From NCBI GenBank assembly GCA_041601615.1, contig JBFIHX010000003.1, positions 192,001 through 256,000 of the forward strand: a DNA stretch of 64,000 nucleotides. The letters are read 5' to 3'. A program made the translations under genes and the position numbers. Under the pieces are notes generated by a model, which was not told where the DNA came from, did not search any database, and worked only from the letters and a program-made list of their open reading frames with translations. Shown here one piece after another: positions 1-10,177 of the stretch (position 1 is its first letter; the number at the start of each line of letters is the position of its first letter). The stretch comes from Thermoplasmatota archaeon (GTDB lineage Archaea > Thermoplasmatota > E2 > JACPAO01 > JAHFTW01).

Positions 1-169
1 GGGTGCCGATAGGGCCAAACTTGGCCTTCAAGTCCACTGTGAAGGTGACAAAGCAGCCGGAGTCGCGGGGGTCCAAGATGTGCAACTCGTCGTGACTCGG
101 GAATATGATCTTGCCATGGATCGGTTGCTTGGTTGGTGCGACGAGGCGATTGCAGTCTGGGAATCATAG
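1..169 (+). CDS. Partial CDS (3' end), possibly the C-terminus of an Lrp/AsnC-like regulator
   Basis: Frame 2 is open from the window edge to TAG at 167-169 (...GVAGVQDVQLVVTREYDLAMDRLLGWCDEAIAVWES*). It loosely resembles the C-terminus of the 1217..2140 protein. Confidence 0.3.
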   Translation, partial: GADRAKLGLQVHCEGDKAAGVAGVQDVQLVVTREYDLAMDRLLGWCDEAIAVWES

Positions 170-376
170 CCTAGGCGCAAGCAACTTTCGAACCAAATTT
201 GACGCTCGTATCGACGCGCAGGGACAAGCGCATGAGCGTGCGTAGGGAAATGGGCAGGGCCATGGTATCAGGAGCTGCGCCGCAGGCGGAATCCACGCGC
301 CATCACACTTACCACGCGAGCCTGAGCAAGCCAGCCGACTGCTTGTGATTGGGTGTTGCCCTGGGAGGCTGAGGAT

Positions 377-1081
377 TCAAGGAGGCGTCGTCATCCACTG
401 TTCAAAGAATGCGCCGATTCCTTGGTCGCGGTGCACAAAATGAATTTCCAAGATCCAGTCGCGCCTCACCCCGTTTTGATCCAGCGCCCGCAGCGGGTCA
501 TGGTTGTCTGGGTGGATGTAGTTGCGGACTTCTTCGCCTTGGATGCGTTCGTGCGGGAATGCCCCTATGAGGTGGCCGCAGTGTTCTTGCCCGTAGGTCC
601 AACCACGCTCGATAGCCAGTTGGCGCACGAATGCGTATAGCTCGGCGCCCGTGATGGTCGGATGCGCGTCAAGGTGCGTCTTGGCAAGTGTCCAGCACGC
701 CTCCACATCGGCTGCGATTCGATGTTTGTCGGGGTCGGAGCCAAGAACGAACGTGCGGCCGTAGTCGGCCTCCCATGCGCCCAGTACGGGTCCAAAATCG
801 AAGAACACAATGTCGTCCGCCTGGATGGTGCGATTCGGGGGATTTTCTGCGTAGGGGCAGAGCGTGTTGGGGCCGGCGCGGACGATGCGCTTGTGCCAAT
901 GTTGTTTGATGCCAAAGCGGTCGCGCGCAAGGGCGTGGGCTGCGTCGTTTAGGGCTTGCTCGGTGGTGCCGGGGCGCACGAGGTTTTCTGCCGTGATTTC
1001 TTGAAAGAGTGCGGCTGCGATGGATTCGGCGTGGCGCAATGCTTCCGCGCGTGTGCGGGGCTCGGTGGGAGCTTGGATCAT
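377..1081 (-). CDS. M24 family metallopeptidase (Xaa-Pro/Met aminopeptidase-like)
   Basis: Metal-ligand motifs DFGP...EADYGRT, GHLIGAFPHE, ILEIH, FFEQ. Confidence 0.9.
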   Translation of the reverse strand: MIQAPTEPRTRAEALRHAESIAAALFQEITAENLVRPGTTEQALNDAAHALARDRFGIKQHWHKRIVRAGPNTLCPYAENPPNRTIQADDIVFFDFGPVLGAWEADYGRTFVLGSDPDKHRIAADVEACWTLAKTHLDAHPTITGAELYAFVRQLAIERGWTYGQEHCGHLIGAFPHERIQGEEVRNYIHPDNHDPLRALDQNGVRRDWILEIHFVHRDQGIGAFFEQWMTTPP

Positions 1082-1216
1082 AAGCGGCGACCTTGGAGGA
1101 TGGGTTCCGAGTGCATCGGGGGTATGTCACGGTCTCGGACCGGAGCAGGGCCTTGGTTTGGCGATCAATCATTGCATCGTCGAAGCATTCTTGCCGACTT
1201 TCGCTTCTTCTGTATC

Positions 1217-2140
1217 GTGGATGCCATCGATGCGCGCATACTTCGGTTGCTCTATTGGAGCCCCTTCAACCCTGTGGACGTGGAGCGGGGGCCGTACACA
1301 ATTTGGGACATTGCGCGGCACCTTGGACTTCATGGCAACACCGTCAAGAGGCGCCTAGCGGAATTGGAAGCGTCCGGGGTGTTGCTCGGGTTGAGCTTCT
1401 TCCCCGATTCGCAATTGGTTGGGCTTCGAGTGGTCTACGTCGCCTTTGGATTCGACACCGAGGACGCTTGTCGAGCGGCGGCGGATCAAGTGTTTGCCAA
1501 CGCTCCCTTCGGCGCCACCTTCCACCTATCCAACAACGAAATCCGCTACAATATCGGCGTGCCGGAAGAAGCCGACCTGGACGCAGCCATTGAAGAAGCA
1601 GCGGCGACGTTCGGAGCCACGCGGCACAGAATCCTTGCCAAACGCCACTGGGATTCCGGCGAAATCACCGAATTGGAGCGCCGGGTTCTTGGCGAATTGC
1701 ACAGGGACCTTTTTGCCTCCCCGCCCGACCTGGCTGCCCGCGTGGGGGTCACCCCAAAAACGGTGCGTCGCTGCATCCAAGCGCTTCGAGACAAGAAGAC
1801 CTTCTGCGTCGTGCCCCTAGTTGACTCGCAAGTGGCGCGGGGATTGCAGGCGTTTCACATGGATGTGGACGTGGGCGACAACACGAGCGCCGGGCCGCAA
1901 GTGCTCCGCTCATTTCCGGATCTATGCCCGAACGGCATTCAATCCACGGGCGTCTTGATTCTGACCGGATTTGCCGATACACCCGGGGACGTGGCAGACA
2001 TCATCCGCGAAATCCAAACGATTCCGGGTGTCCGCAGCGTGCAGATCTACACCGTGCTGCGGATGCATTGGGTTCCGTTGCCAATGGGGCTGCAATCGGT
2101 GTCGCAGATGGTGGGCGTCGTGGCTGAGGCGCCGAGCTAA
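1217..2140 (+). CDS. Lrp/AsnC-type regulator with two winged-helix domains
   Basis: GTG start VDAIDARILRLL; HTH IARHLGLHGNTVKRRL; second HTH LAARVGVTPKTVRRCI; divergent from the M24 gene. Confidence 0.8.
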   Translation: MDAIDARILRLLYWSPFNPVDVERGPYTIWDIARHLGLHGNTVKRRLAELEASGVLLGLSFFPDSQLVGLRVVYVAFGFDTEDACRAAADQVFANAPFGATFHLSNNEIRYNIGVPEEADLDAAIEEAAATFGATRHRILAKRHWDSGEITELERRVLGELHRDLFASPPDLAARVGVTPKTVRRCIQALRDKKTFCVVPLVDSQVARGLQAFHMDVDVGDNTSAGPQVLRSFPDLCPNGIQSTGVLILTGFADTPGDVADIIREIQTIPGVRSVQIYTVLRMHWVPLPMGLQSVSQMVGVVAEAPS

Positions 2141-2613
2141 ACCACCAACTGTCGCAGGCTCATGAGCAAGAAGGCGCCGGTCACGAGGTATGCCGAAAGC
2201 AATGTGTGGCGACGCATCCGGTCGGCTTTGGCAACGATGGCTCCGGTGTCGTCTGCCAGCACCGCCTCGCGCAGCGCCTTCTCGGCAGGAGCGTGTATGA
2301 AGATTCCCTGCAGCAGCGACAAGATGCCGAGTCCGGCGCCGATGCTCAGCAACATCCCGGACGTGGACGCAAGCGAAATTCCCAGACGCCAGTACAGAAC
2401 GGAGCCACTGAGGATGGTCACGATGGAAGCCGGAGCAAACCACCGCGCCCCGCCGCCGCGCCGTGTCTGCTCCTTGATCATCTCAATGCCGTGCACTCCA
2501 TGTGCCGAGCGCAGCGGTCCCATCATGAGATGGTCATACCAACCGGCTCCAAACCAGGCAGAGGCGGCCACGAGATGCACGGTCAAGATCAAGGCATCAG
2601 GGTTGAATTCCAT
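2137..2613 (-). CDS. Four-TM membrane protein (DUF2269/CopD-like)
   Basis: HLVAASAWFG first helix and four hydrophobic segments; start at MEFNPD. Confidence 0.7.
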   Translation of the reverse strand: MEFNPDALILTVHLVAASAWFGAGWYDHLMMGPLRSAHGVHGIEMIKEQTRRGGGARWFAPASIVTILSGSVLYWRLGISLASTSGMLLSIGAGLGILSLLQGIFIHAPAEKALREAVLADDTGAIVAKADRMRRHTLLSAYLVTGAFLLMSLRQLVV

Positions 2614-2751
2614 GCGCCAAAAGGGCCGGGTCAACCCATAGGATTGCTGTACACGCCCTGTACGAAATCGGCACGCCTGGCCCCACCCAATCCGGCCCTG
2701 CCCGGTCATGCCAGGCCCTGCCCTGCCCGGCCCTGCCTCCGTTTTCGGCAG

Positions 2752-3684
2752 CTACGGCATCGAATGGTCCGCAGAACCACGAGCCGCCCACTGTCTGCCC
2801 CATTGATCCGCGCACACAAGGAATGCCGGAACCACCGCTAGCCCAACCACGATCCAGAACCCACCAAGTTCCAAGAACATGGAGGTGCCCACGACCAAAG
2901 GACCCACGGCGTACACGGCACCGTCCTGCCAGCCATCATGACCCCGCCGACGGGCGCCAGCCAGAAAGGCATACCCCGAAATCCACAATGCCATCAATCC
3001 AAGCATCAGCAGAGAATGGGTGTTGAATAGAGGTCCAAACGCACCCGGCAACGAAGCAGTCGCGGCTAGATTTCCCACGATGGGGCCGCCGCCAAACCGC
3101 ACCATACCCACAACGGACATTGCCCCGGCCGCCACCCAAGCACCGCCGTGCAGGACTCGGCTTGCCCGCAACCAACGCACGGCATCACCCTCGCGTGGCT
3201 GCCGAACAAGGAAGGCTGGAACGCCCAGCCCAACCAAGAGAATCAAGAGTGTCTGCCACCAGCCGCCAGGCTCCGCATCGTCCGCAAGCACAGCCAGATT
3301 GTCATGCAGAAACGCCATCTCCACCCGCACAGTCACTGCACTGCTGCCAGGATTGTGCAACGCAAACGGAACCTCCGTCCACAATGCATCGCAGCACCGA
3401 ACCAAGTGATTGATGGTGAGCGCAGCATTCGGGCCGGCAACACGTTGCCCGTTGGCCATGAACTCGACGGGGCCCGAGGCATCCACATGGCCAAGGACAC
3501 GATGCCAGTGTACGGATCGATTAAAGGAGTAGGATTCTCCGGCGGGAATCGTAAGGACTGCTTCCAACGAAGAGCGGTCTCCGTGCGCACTAGCCAATGG
3601 AGCAGCCAGCAGAATCGTCAAAAGAGCCAGGGCGTGCAGGGGAAACGAATGCCGGCGCACACTCGGCAAGGATCGAAGAGACAT
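2752..3684 (-). CDS. Membrane protein with signal peptide, His-rich ectodomain and ~5 TM helices
   Basis: Signal ending ASA-HGD; HWH and HLVRCC motifs; hydrophobic C-terminal half. Start uncertain. Confidence 0.7.
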   Translation of the reverse strand: MSLRSLPSVRRHSFPLHALALLTILLAAPLASAHGDRSSLEAVLTIPAGESYSFNRSVHWHRVLGHVDASGPVEFMANGQRVAGPNAALTINHLVRCCDALWTEVPFALHNPGSSAVTVRVEMAFLHDNLAVLADDAEPGGWWQTLLILLVGLGVPAFLVRQPREGDAVRWLRASRVLHGGAWVAAGAMSVVGMVRFGGGPIVGNLAATASLPGAFGPLFNTHSLLMLGLMALWISGYAFLAGARRRGHDGWQDGAVYAVGPLVVGTSMFLELGGFWIVVGLAVVPAFLVCADQWGRQWAARGSADHSMP

Positions 3685-3740
3685 ATAGGGACGGTGTGCA
3701 AAGGATGGACGGAATGGGTAACGAGAGCCGAATCGGGTCA

Positions 3741-4088
3741 TCATTGCCGTAGAATCTTTTCCAGGGCCTTGCCGCGTGCCAGTTCATCCACCAACTTGTC
3801 CAAGTAGCGAATCTCCCGCATCAACGGATCTTCAATGTTCTCGACGCGAACGCCACACACGACACCTTTGATGAGCGACCTGTCCGGGTTCAGGGCAGGT
3901 GCCTGTGCAAAAAACGTCTGGAAGTCGGTTTCCTTCGCGAGTTCCTCTTGCAGCCCCGCAGCATCGTAGCCTGTCAACCACGCGATGATGTGGTCCAGTT
4001 CTTCCTTCGATCGACCCTTGCGCTCCGCCTTCTGGACGTACAACGGGTAGACCTTGGCAAATGGGGTGGTGAAGATGTTGAATGCCAT
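3741..4088 (-). CDS. DUF2200 family protein
   Basis: [47 protein letters not shown]. Confidence 0.92.
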   Translation of the reverse strand: MAFNIFTTPFAKVYPLYVQKAERKGRSKEELDHIIAWLTGYDAAGLQEELAKETDFQTFFAQAPALNPDRSLIKGVVCGVRVENIEDPLMREIRYLDKLVDELARGKALEKILRQ

Positions 4089-4090
4089 CT

Positions 4091-4888
4091 CTATGCAAGC
4101 TCCGAATCGAAGTCAAGGAAGGTCATAGTCCATTCATAGGCCCACGCTTGGAAGACATCCGTGCTTAGAATTGGCGTCTCACCTTCGCGCTGGAAACTCC
4201 CCAATCCAAATCCCGTATTGGGAATTCCTTCCCAAGCCACATCCACGGCTCGCAAGCGACCCTCTTGGGCTCCCGCTACCTCGTAGAAAACGCGCACCGT
4301 GCCGCCGCCAAACGGCTCGTAAGGCCCCTTTACCATGGAGTCGACGGCGAGGGCGCCGCCGCTGTCGGAGGTCATGGTTGCGCGAACGGCAGGCACGGCG
4401 GGTGTCCTGGCGAGCAGTTCGAAGGAAATGTCGTCGAGGTGATGGGGCGCGCCCCATGATGTATAGAAGGTCGAAGCCAGCGTACTCGTCGTTACCCAAT
4501 CGATCAGGAAGCCATGCGAATGAAACCCGTCCACATCGAGCGCAAGCTCGGCAGGTGGAGTCGTGACAATCATGACCTGAGCCTCCTGGACACGTTCCAA
4601 GCTGCCATCGACGCCCACTGCTTCGCAGAAATAGACCGGGACGAAAAGCAAGCCACTGTTCCCGGTCGGGCCCCCTTGGATGGCCTCAAATCCCTGCGGC
4701 AGTGCAGCTTGGACTTCCTCCAAGGGAATCGGATACCGGCCAGTCATCTCTGAGCACGAGGAAAATGCAGCAACGTTCGCCGGCTGCTCCGGCATCGACG
4801 TGGCGGCATCCAACTTGCTCTCGGGGCTGGCCAAACAGCCTGCAAGCAAAATGGCGCACGCGAATGCCAAAGCGACTCGGCAACTCAT
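4091..4888 (-). CDS. Lipoprotein of unknown function
   Basis: Lipobox AILLAGC followed by a beta-rich domain. Confidence 0.75.
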   Translation of the reverse strand: MSCRVALAFACAILLAGCLASPESKLDAATSMPEQPANVAAFSSCSEMTGRYPIPLEEVQAALPQGFEAIQGGPTGNSGLLFVPVYFCEAVGVDGSLERVQEAQVMIVTTPPAELALDVDGFHSHGFLIDWVTTSTLASTFYTSWGAPHHLDDISFELLARTPAVPAVRATMTSDSGGALAVDSMVKGPYEPFGGGTVRVFYEVAGAQEGRLRAVDVAWEGIPNTGFGLGSFQREGETPILSTDVFQAWAYEWTMTFLDFDSELA

Positions 4889-5113
4889 GAGGATTGAACT
4901 CCACGAGTGCGATTAATGTTCCGGGAGCGTTGTTTTCCAAGTTCGATCGAGAGACGATATCTCGGCGGTGGGCGCCCGCGCTGAGTAGCTGTACAACCCG
5001 GATTGATCAAAGCAACGCACGCGCTTCGGGGGCTCCCACGGGTGCCGCGAGAAACGCGCTCGAGAATTCGGGCTCAAGGCCCACCAGAACGGGGGCAATT
5101 TCCCCTCCCTGGC

Positions 5114-5524
5114 CTAGGCAATGGACTCTGCGTACCGGGCAAAGCTTTCCAGAATGCTCTGCCAACCCTTGCGCTGCATCTCCACATCGTTTTCGTCCTC
5201 CGCATCAAAGACCTGAGTGATGTGGGTGCCGCCGTCGGTGGGTTCCAGCAGCAATTCGACCATGCGGTCGTCCTCCAATTTGTACTCCAACCGGCGCGGC
5301 GGCTCCACGACCGTGAAAGTGGCTGCAAAGTCGAAACCCATGGAGCCGTCCTTTGCTTCCATCCGACTCGACATGCTGCCCCCGACGCGCAAGTCCACTT
5401 CGGCGCTTGGGCAATGCCAATCCGGGCTCGCAGCGTTCCACTGCATGATGGCAGCTGGCGTGGTTGCCGCAGCCCAGCATTGTTCGGGCGTGGCCTTGGT
5501 GTCCGCTTTGACGGTAATCTTCAT
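5114..5524 (-). CDS. SRPBCC/Aha1-like domain protein
   Basis: WNAASPDWHCP, DLRVGG, MEAKDGSMGFDF, QRKGWQSIL. Confidence 0.9.
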   Translation of the reverse strand: MKITVKADTKATPEQCWAAATTPAAIMQWNAASPDWHCPSAEVDLRVGGSMSSRMEAKDGSMGFDFAATFTVVEPPRRLEYKLEDDRMVELLLEPTDGGTHITQVFDAEDENDVEMQRKGWQSILESFARYAESIA

Positions 5525-5642
5525 GCGTCGCCATTCAAGAAGCGTGTCATGAGCGTTCTGGCAAGAAATCGCAGTGTCCCACGGCGCCGCGACAGATTGG
5601 GGTGGTTGAGGTCTTGGAGGCAACGGACGCGTTGAAGTCCAT

Positions 5643-6449
5643 GTGGGTCTTGCCAAACTTGTGCCTCCGCCGGACCTAGGCCAGCACTTGCTGTGCGACG
5701 ATAGCGTCATCGCACGAGTGGTCAAGGCTGCGGGGTTGAAGCCCGGCGACCAAGTGCTCGACGCCGGGGCCGGCACAGGCGCTTTGACGCGCCCCATCGC
5801 TGCCGCAGTTGCGCCCGGCGGAGGGGTCTGGGCGGTCGACGTGGACCCGTTGATGGTGGAAGAACTCCGCAGAAATCCGCCACCAGGCGTCACCGTCGTT
5901 TCCGGAAATCTCCTGAAGTGGCCCCTGCCGGCAGCACTCACCGCCGTCGTTGCCAACCCGCCTTTCAAGATTGCAGCGCCGTTCATCGAGCGCGTGGCAG
6001 CCGCGGGCATCCGGCGCGCCGTGTTCGTTGTCCCGCGTGAACTTGCCGACCGGCTCGCGGCAGCGCCCGGATCAGCGCACTATGGCAAATTGACCGTCCG
6101 CGTCGGTTTGCGCGCCACCGTCGAAGACCTAGGCTTCGTGCCGCGCCGAGCCTTCACGCCGCCGCCGGGAGTCACCAGCGGCATCATTCGGCTCCGTGCT
6201 CGCAGCGACTTGCAAGAAGTAGATGCAGAGATGTTGGATGCCGTTTTGGATGCCGCTTGGGCCGCATGGGATCGCAAAGCGCGACACGCATTCGGGTCGC
6301 TTGCGCAAACCATTCGGGCGGACGGCGCAGCGCTCGCAGGGCTCCTGTCCGAGGCCGGTTCGGCCGACTTGAAAACCTGCACGCTACCGCCTGATGCCTT
6401 TGCAACTGTGGCACGACACCTAGCCGCCGGGCGCCGGGACGCAACGTAA
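5643..6449 (+). CDS. rsmA: 16S rRNA adenine dimethyltransferase (KsgA/RsmA/Dim1)
   Basis: LGQHLL, SAM-binding DAGAGTG, ANPPF, YGKLTV, AFTPPPGV. Confidence 0.85.
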   Translation: MGLAKLVPPPDLGQHLLCDDSVIARVVKAAGLKPGDQVLDAGAGTGALTRPIAAAVAPGGGVWAVDVDPLMVEELRRNPPPGVTVVSGNLLKWPLPAALTAVVANPPFKIAAPFIERVAAAGIRRAVFVVPRELADRLAAAPGSAHYGKLTVRVGLRATVEDLGFVPRRAFTPPPGVTSGIIRLRARSDLQEVDAEMLDAVLDAAWAAWDRKARHAFGSLAQTIRADGAALAGLLSEAGSADLKTCTLPPDAFATVARHLAAGRRDAT

Positions 6450-6466
6450 CCCAGTGGAGCCGGCGG

Positions 6467-6916
6467 TTATGCTTCAGCAGCGGCCTTGATGTCCGCAAGA
6501 TCCTGCTTGAGCGCCTTGCGCATGTAGCCCTTGGCCATCCAGCCCGTGAGGGCCCAAACAAGTTTTGAGCCCATGGTCTGAGGCTCGCCGTTGAACGTCA
6601 TAGACAATCGAGTACCGCCCTCGATGGCCTCCAGCGCCATGCGCGTCGTGTACACAGCACCGTGGCTCTCGGCGCGGGTGTCGTAATGGGACGGTTCCTT
6701 GGCATCCACGATCCACATGACCTCCGTTGCCGCCTTGCCAAACAGGGTGCGCGTCTCGCGCCACTTCAATCCCACGATGGACGGCCCCGTGGCAGGTTCC
6801 AGGATCTCGATCTTGTCGATGCCGCGGATGGTGGATTCCGCGTGCTCGATGTCGGTGATGGTTTTCCACACGGCGGCTGGCGAGGCCATGATGTTCACGG
6901 ATTCGCTCACTTGCAT
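6467..6916 (-). CDS. SRPBCC (polyketide cyclase-like) protein
   Basis: ASPAAVWKTITD, GLKWRETRTLFGK, DLADIKAAAE. Confidence 0.85.
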   Translation of the reverse strand: MQVSESVNIMASPAAVWKTITDIEHAESTIRGIDKIEILEPATGPSIVGLKWRETRTLFGKAATEVMWIVDAKEPSHYDTRAESHGAVYTTRMALEAIEGGTRLSMTFNGEPQTMGSKLVWALTGWMAKGYMRKALKQDLADIKAAAEA

Positions 6917-7052
6917 ACGGCGACGACCGAGCGGGGGCTTGAAAGGGCTGTCTTTGGCCAGGCGTATGTGGGGCAAGGCACGTCACTTGGCGATTTTGTA
7001 GAGATCCTGCACTGCTGCCGCTACGTTTTTTCCCCGTGCCGGATTCGACTTT

Positions 7053-7838
7053 GTGATGCTTCGCCTTTCGGTGTTTGTTGCACTTCTCGCCCTTGTCAAC
7101 GTCGCCAGTCCTTTGGTCGCGGCCCAGAACAGCCCCGGCGACGAGTGCATCATCCAAGTTACCCTGCATGACAACCTCACCACCGCCAGTCTAGCGTTCG
7201 ACTTGCTCTTCGACGACGCCGCCTGGAAAAACCTCACCGACGCCATCGATGAAGACCAGGATGGAGTCATCACCGCCAGCGAAATCGAGCAGTATGAGCA
7301 TCGCGTCGCGAAGGACGTAGCGGGCGAGGAGGTGCCGCCGTCTCGCCGCCTCAATATGTTGGTTGATTTTGACTCGGGAGCCTATTCTGGCACCGCCACC
7401 GCTACGCCGACTGCCGCCACCAACGCCACCGAGCTGCTGAACTTTGAAGGACCGGTGGAGGAACGCGCCGGAAAAATTGTGCGCGAAACCTGGACCTACC
7501 GATTCAACGATCCGCTCACCGACTACGACAACGGCCGCCTGAAGACCCGCGCCTACGCCATCCTACTCGCGTGGGGGCCGGACGCCGAGGAAACGCCGGA
7601 GGAATCGGTGTCCGTCATCGAAACCGTGCAAGTCACCGCACCCAAAGGCTGGTGGATTCGCGTGGACGACGAGCGGCACAAAACCTACACGTTCCAGTCA
7701 GGAGATGGTTACAGCATTACGTTCGTGCCCGACACAGCGCCACGAGAGCCTCTCCTCCCGGCGCCCGGACTCGGTTGGGTCGCGGCGTTGGGGGTCTTGG
7801 TGGCGATTGGGACGGTGAGGCGGGGGCGGAGGGCGTAA
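7053..7838 (+). CDS. Exported protein with EF-hand-like loop and C-terminal sorting-type tail
   Basis: Signal peptide; DEDQDGVITASE loop; C-terminal PAPGLG, TM helix, RRGRRA. Confidence 0.75.
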   Translation: MMLRLSVFVALLALVNVASPLVAAQNSPGDECIIQVTLHDNLTTASLAFDLLFDDAAWKNLTDAIDEDQDGVITASEIEQYEHRVAKDVAGEEVPPSRRLNMLVDFDSGAYSGTATATPTAATNATELLNFEGPVEERAGKIVRETWTYRFNDPLTDYDNGRLKTRAYAILLAWGPDAEETPEESVSVIETVQVTAPKGWWIRVDDERHKTYTFQSGDGYSITFVPDTAPREPLLPAPGLGWVAALGVLVAIGTVRRGRRA

Positions 7839-7871
7839 CCGGCTTCTCGGGCCCCTAGGGCGTGGGCACGC

Positions 7872-9023
7872 CTAGGTCACAATATCCGCAAGCATCCCCT
7901 GTTTGGCCGCCATCTTGACCTCGCGGGCAACCCGCCTTCCCGTAGACATCTGGGTCCTCCACAACGCATTCCCGTACGGGTGGCCCATGCCCACATGCAC
8001 GTTCGTCCCGCCGCCGATCCTCGGCGCAACGTCGTAGATGTGGAAGTTCATGTCCTTGTCCACGCAGGTCTGAAGACAAAATGGCCCAATAATCCCCGGG
8101 GCGTAGTGCTCGGCGGCGGCCTTGACCCATTGTTCTCCGAGTGCGTAGACCTTTCCGAGCAGGCTCTCGCGGACGGTGGCGGTGTTGTGGCCAACGACGG
8201 TCATTTCGGGGATCATTTGGTGATCCGGGAGGGTCATTTGCTGCGGTGCGGGGATGCGCACGTGGCCGTCGAGGCTGCTTTCGAAGCGCCAGTCGACGCC
8301 CAAGAGTTCGAGGGGTTCTTCGCCCATCGCCTTCGAGACGGGGCTGTAGAAGAAGTTGAAGTTGAAGACGGGGCCGATGATGTATTCCTCGATGCGGGCG
8401 GTTTCGAGGCTCGGCTCGTCGATGACGCCGGCTTTCAGGAGCTTGCCGCTTTTTTCGTGGAATTCTTCGACGCTTGCGCAGGTGAAGAAGCCCCGTTCGA
8501 GGGGTTTCTGGCTGTGGTGGAGCTTCACGATGGCGAGGCCGTCGATGTCGTTGTAGTGGTTGATTTTGCGCGGGAACGGCATGCCGGCTTTTTCGAGGAG
8601 CCAGTAGTAGTCTTGCTGTTCCTCGCGTTCTTCGCTGCGCAGGAGGTTGCGGCTGCCGATCATGGGCACGGCGAAGTCGTCTTCGCAGGCGTCAATGTCG
8701 CAGTAGCTGGTCCAGGCGCGGTTGGGGACCCAGACGGCGTTCTCTTTCTTGAGGCGCGCTTGTTGGTCTGGGGCCATGATGCCGTTGTACTTGGGGTACG
8801 TCCAGACGTCGTCGACGCAGCCACGAGTTCCGTCGGCGGTGCGCTTGAAGAAGCGGCTGTAGACTTCGTGGCGGCCGTCTTGGGCGATGGCGATGTTGCG
8901 CATGCCTTCGTCGGTGGCGCCGTCGTAGACGTCGAGGCCGCTGTGGCTGGCGACGCACGCGAGCTTGAGTTTGCTTGCGTCGTATTCCTGGATTGCGTCC
9001 TGCATGGCACGGCGGTCGATCAT
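7872..9023 (-). CDS. purP: Formate-dependent AICAR formyl ligase (PurP, ATP-grasp)
   Basis: SHSGL, VPNRAW, GSRNLLRSEER, ERGFF, GIIGPFCLQ, DVAPRIGGGTN, MSTGRRVAREVK. Confidence 0.92.
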   Translation of the reverse strand: MIDRRAMQDAIQEYDASKLKLACVASHSGLDVYDGATDEGMRNIAIAQDGRHEVYSRFFKRTADGTRGCVDDVWTYPKYNGIMAPDQQARLKKENAVWVPNRAWTSYCDIDACEDDFAVPMIGSRNLLRSEEREEQQDYYWLLEKAGMPFPRKINHYNDIDGLAIVKLHHSQKPLERGFFTCASVEEFHEKSGKLLKAGVIDEPSLETARIEEYIIGPVFNFNFFYSPVSKAMGEEPLELLGVDWRFESSLDGHVRIPAPQQMTLPDHQMIPEMTVVGHNTATVRESLLGKVYALGEQWVKAAAEHYAPGIIGPFCLQTCVDKDMNFHIYDVAPRIGGGTNVHVGMGHPYGNALWRTQMSTGRRVAREVKMAAKQGMLADIVT

Positions 9024-9097
9024 GGACGGGGCCGGCCACAGGGGGTGCGCTCAAAGGGGTACCGGCGGGTTCGATTGGTCAGCGTAGCCGAGTGTCG

Positions 9098-10177
9098 TCA
9101 TCCGTTCATGGCGAGGCTTCCGAAGTCGAGGTAGAATACGGCGTCCACTTGCGCGGGGTGGTCTTCGTAGCCTCGGGTTCGCTTGTGGATGCCGCTGTTG
9201 GATTCGTTTACGTCCTCGGAGTTTTTCAGGTGGACTTGGAGGGAGCTGTAGTCGCCGTCGGCCAGCACGTCGTAGGCGGCGTCGCCGTGGGCTTGGATGT
9301 TGATGCTGGTGTAGTCGGCGGCGATGGACCAGGTGCCGCCGGCGGGGGCGGTGCGTAGGGCGAGTTCGCCAAAGTCCATGGCGACATCGAGGTCTTCGAG
9401 GCCGATGGCGTCTGCAAAGAGAATGGCGCTGTAGTCGCCGGAGATTTCCAGTTCGGACCAGGCGAGGGGGCCGGAGGCGAAGGCGCTCATGTCGGCATTG
9501 AGGGCGAGTGTGTAGAGCAAATGGTTGGGCACTTCGATGCGCAAGTCGTAGCTGAGGTCTTCGCTGGGTTCGAGGCCGCTGCCGACGGGGAGTCCGTTGG
9601 CGGGTGCATGGCGAACATAGGTGCCCAGAGACAGGGTTTCGTCGGCGAGGGTGTCGTCGTGGATGACGGTGACACGGTCCATGCCGTTGCGGGCTTGTGC
9701 TTCGGTGCTTGCTTCCACATCGAGGTCGAAGGTGTAGGTGTAGCTGCCTACGTTGGCGCCGACGACGGTGACGTTGGCGAAGTCTACGGTGAGAAGGATC
9801 TCCGCGAGGAGGGCGTCGCCTACGCCGTTTTTGAGGACGATGCGTTTTTCGGCCACATAGCCGCCATCGTCGCCGGGGCGGGCCGTGGTTTCGCCTTCGG
9901 TGCGTTGTACGTCGCCGTGGGGGTCGCGGGGGCCGGTTTGGCGGCCCGATTTGGAGTCGGTTTCCGTGTCTGGCGATGTGGGTTCGGAGGGCGGTGTGCT
10001 GCCGGATTGGCCGGCATCAGGGGCGCTGTGGGTTTGTTCGTCTTCGTTGCTGCCGGGGTCGGTGTTTGTGCCTTCATCGGCGGTGCCGTTGTCCACGAAG
10101 GAAGGCGAGGTGCAGCCAGCCAGCAGGAGAGTGCAGGCCAGTAGGAGCGCGAGGGTGGTGGGGGTTTGGGGGTGCAT
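9098..10177 (-). CDS. Lipoprotein with adhesin-like (DUF4097-type) beta-repeat domain
   Basis: LLLAGC lipobox, acidic linker, repeated xD(Y/F)S units; paralogue of the upstream gene. Confidence 0.7.
   Translation of the reverse strand: MHPQTPTTLALLLACTLLLAGCTSPSFVDNGTADEGTNTDPGSNEDEQTHSAPDAGQSGSTPPSEPTSPDTETDSKSGRQTGPRDPHGDVQRTEGETTARPGDDGGYVAEKRIVLKNGVGDALLAEILLTVDFANVTVVGANVGSYTYTFDLDVEASTEAQARNGMDRVTVIHDDTLADETLSLGTYVRHAPANGLPVGSGLEPSEDLSYDLRIEVPNHLLYTLALNADMSAFASGPLAWSELEISGDYSAILFADAIGLEDLDVAMDFGELALRTAPAGGTWSIAADYTSINIQAHGDAAYDVLADGDYSSLQVHLKNSEDVNESNSGIHKRTRGYEDHPAQVDAVFYLDFGSLAMNG

Noticed and set aside
2677-2740. GCCCTGCCC repeats with G-quadruplex potential on the minus strand
   Set aside because: Short low-complexity intergenic tract in a GC-rich genome, with no further support.
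7980-9134. Long antisense ORFs (also 15468..17219, 31532..33343, 49978..51798, 58737..60068)
   Set aside because: Shadow frames opposite clear genes, expected from GC-rich codon bias.
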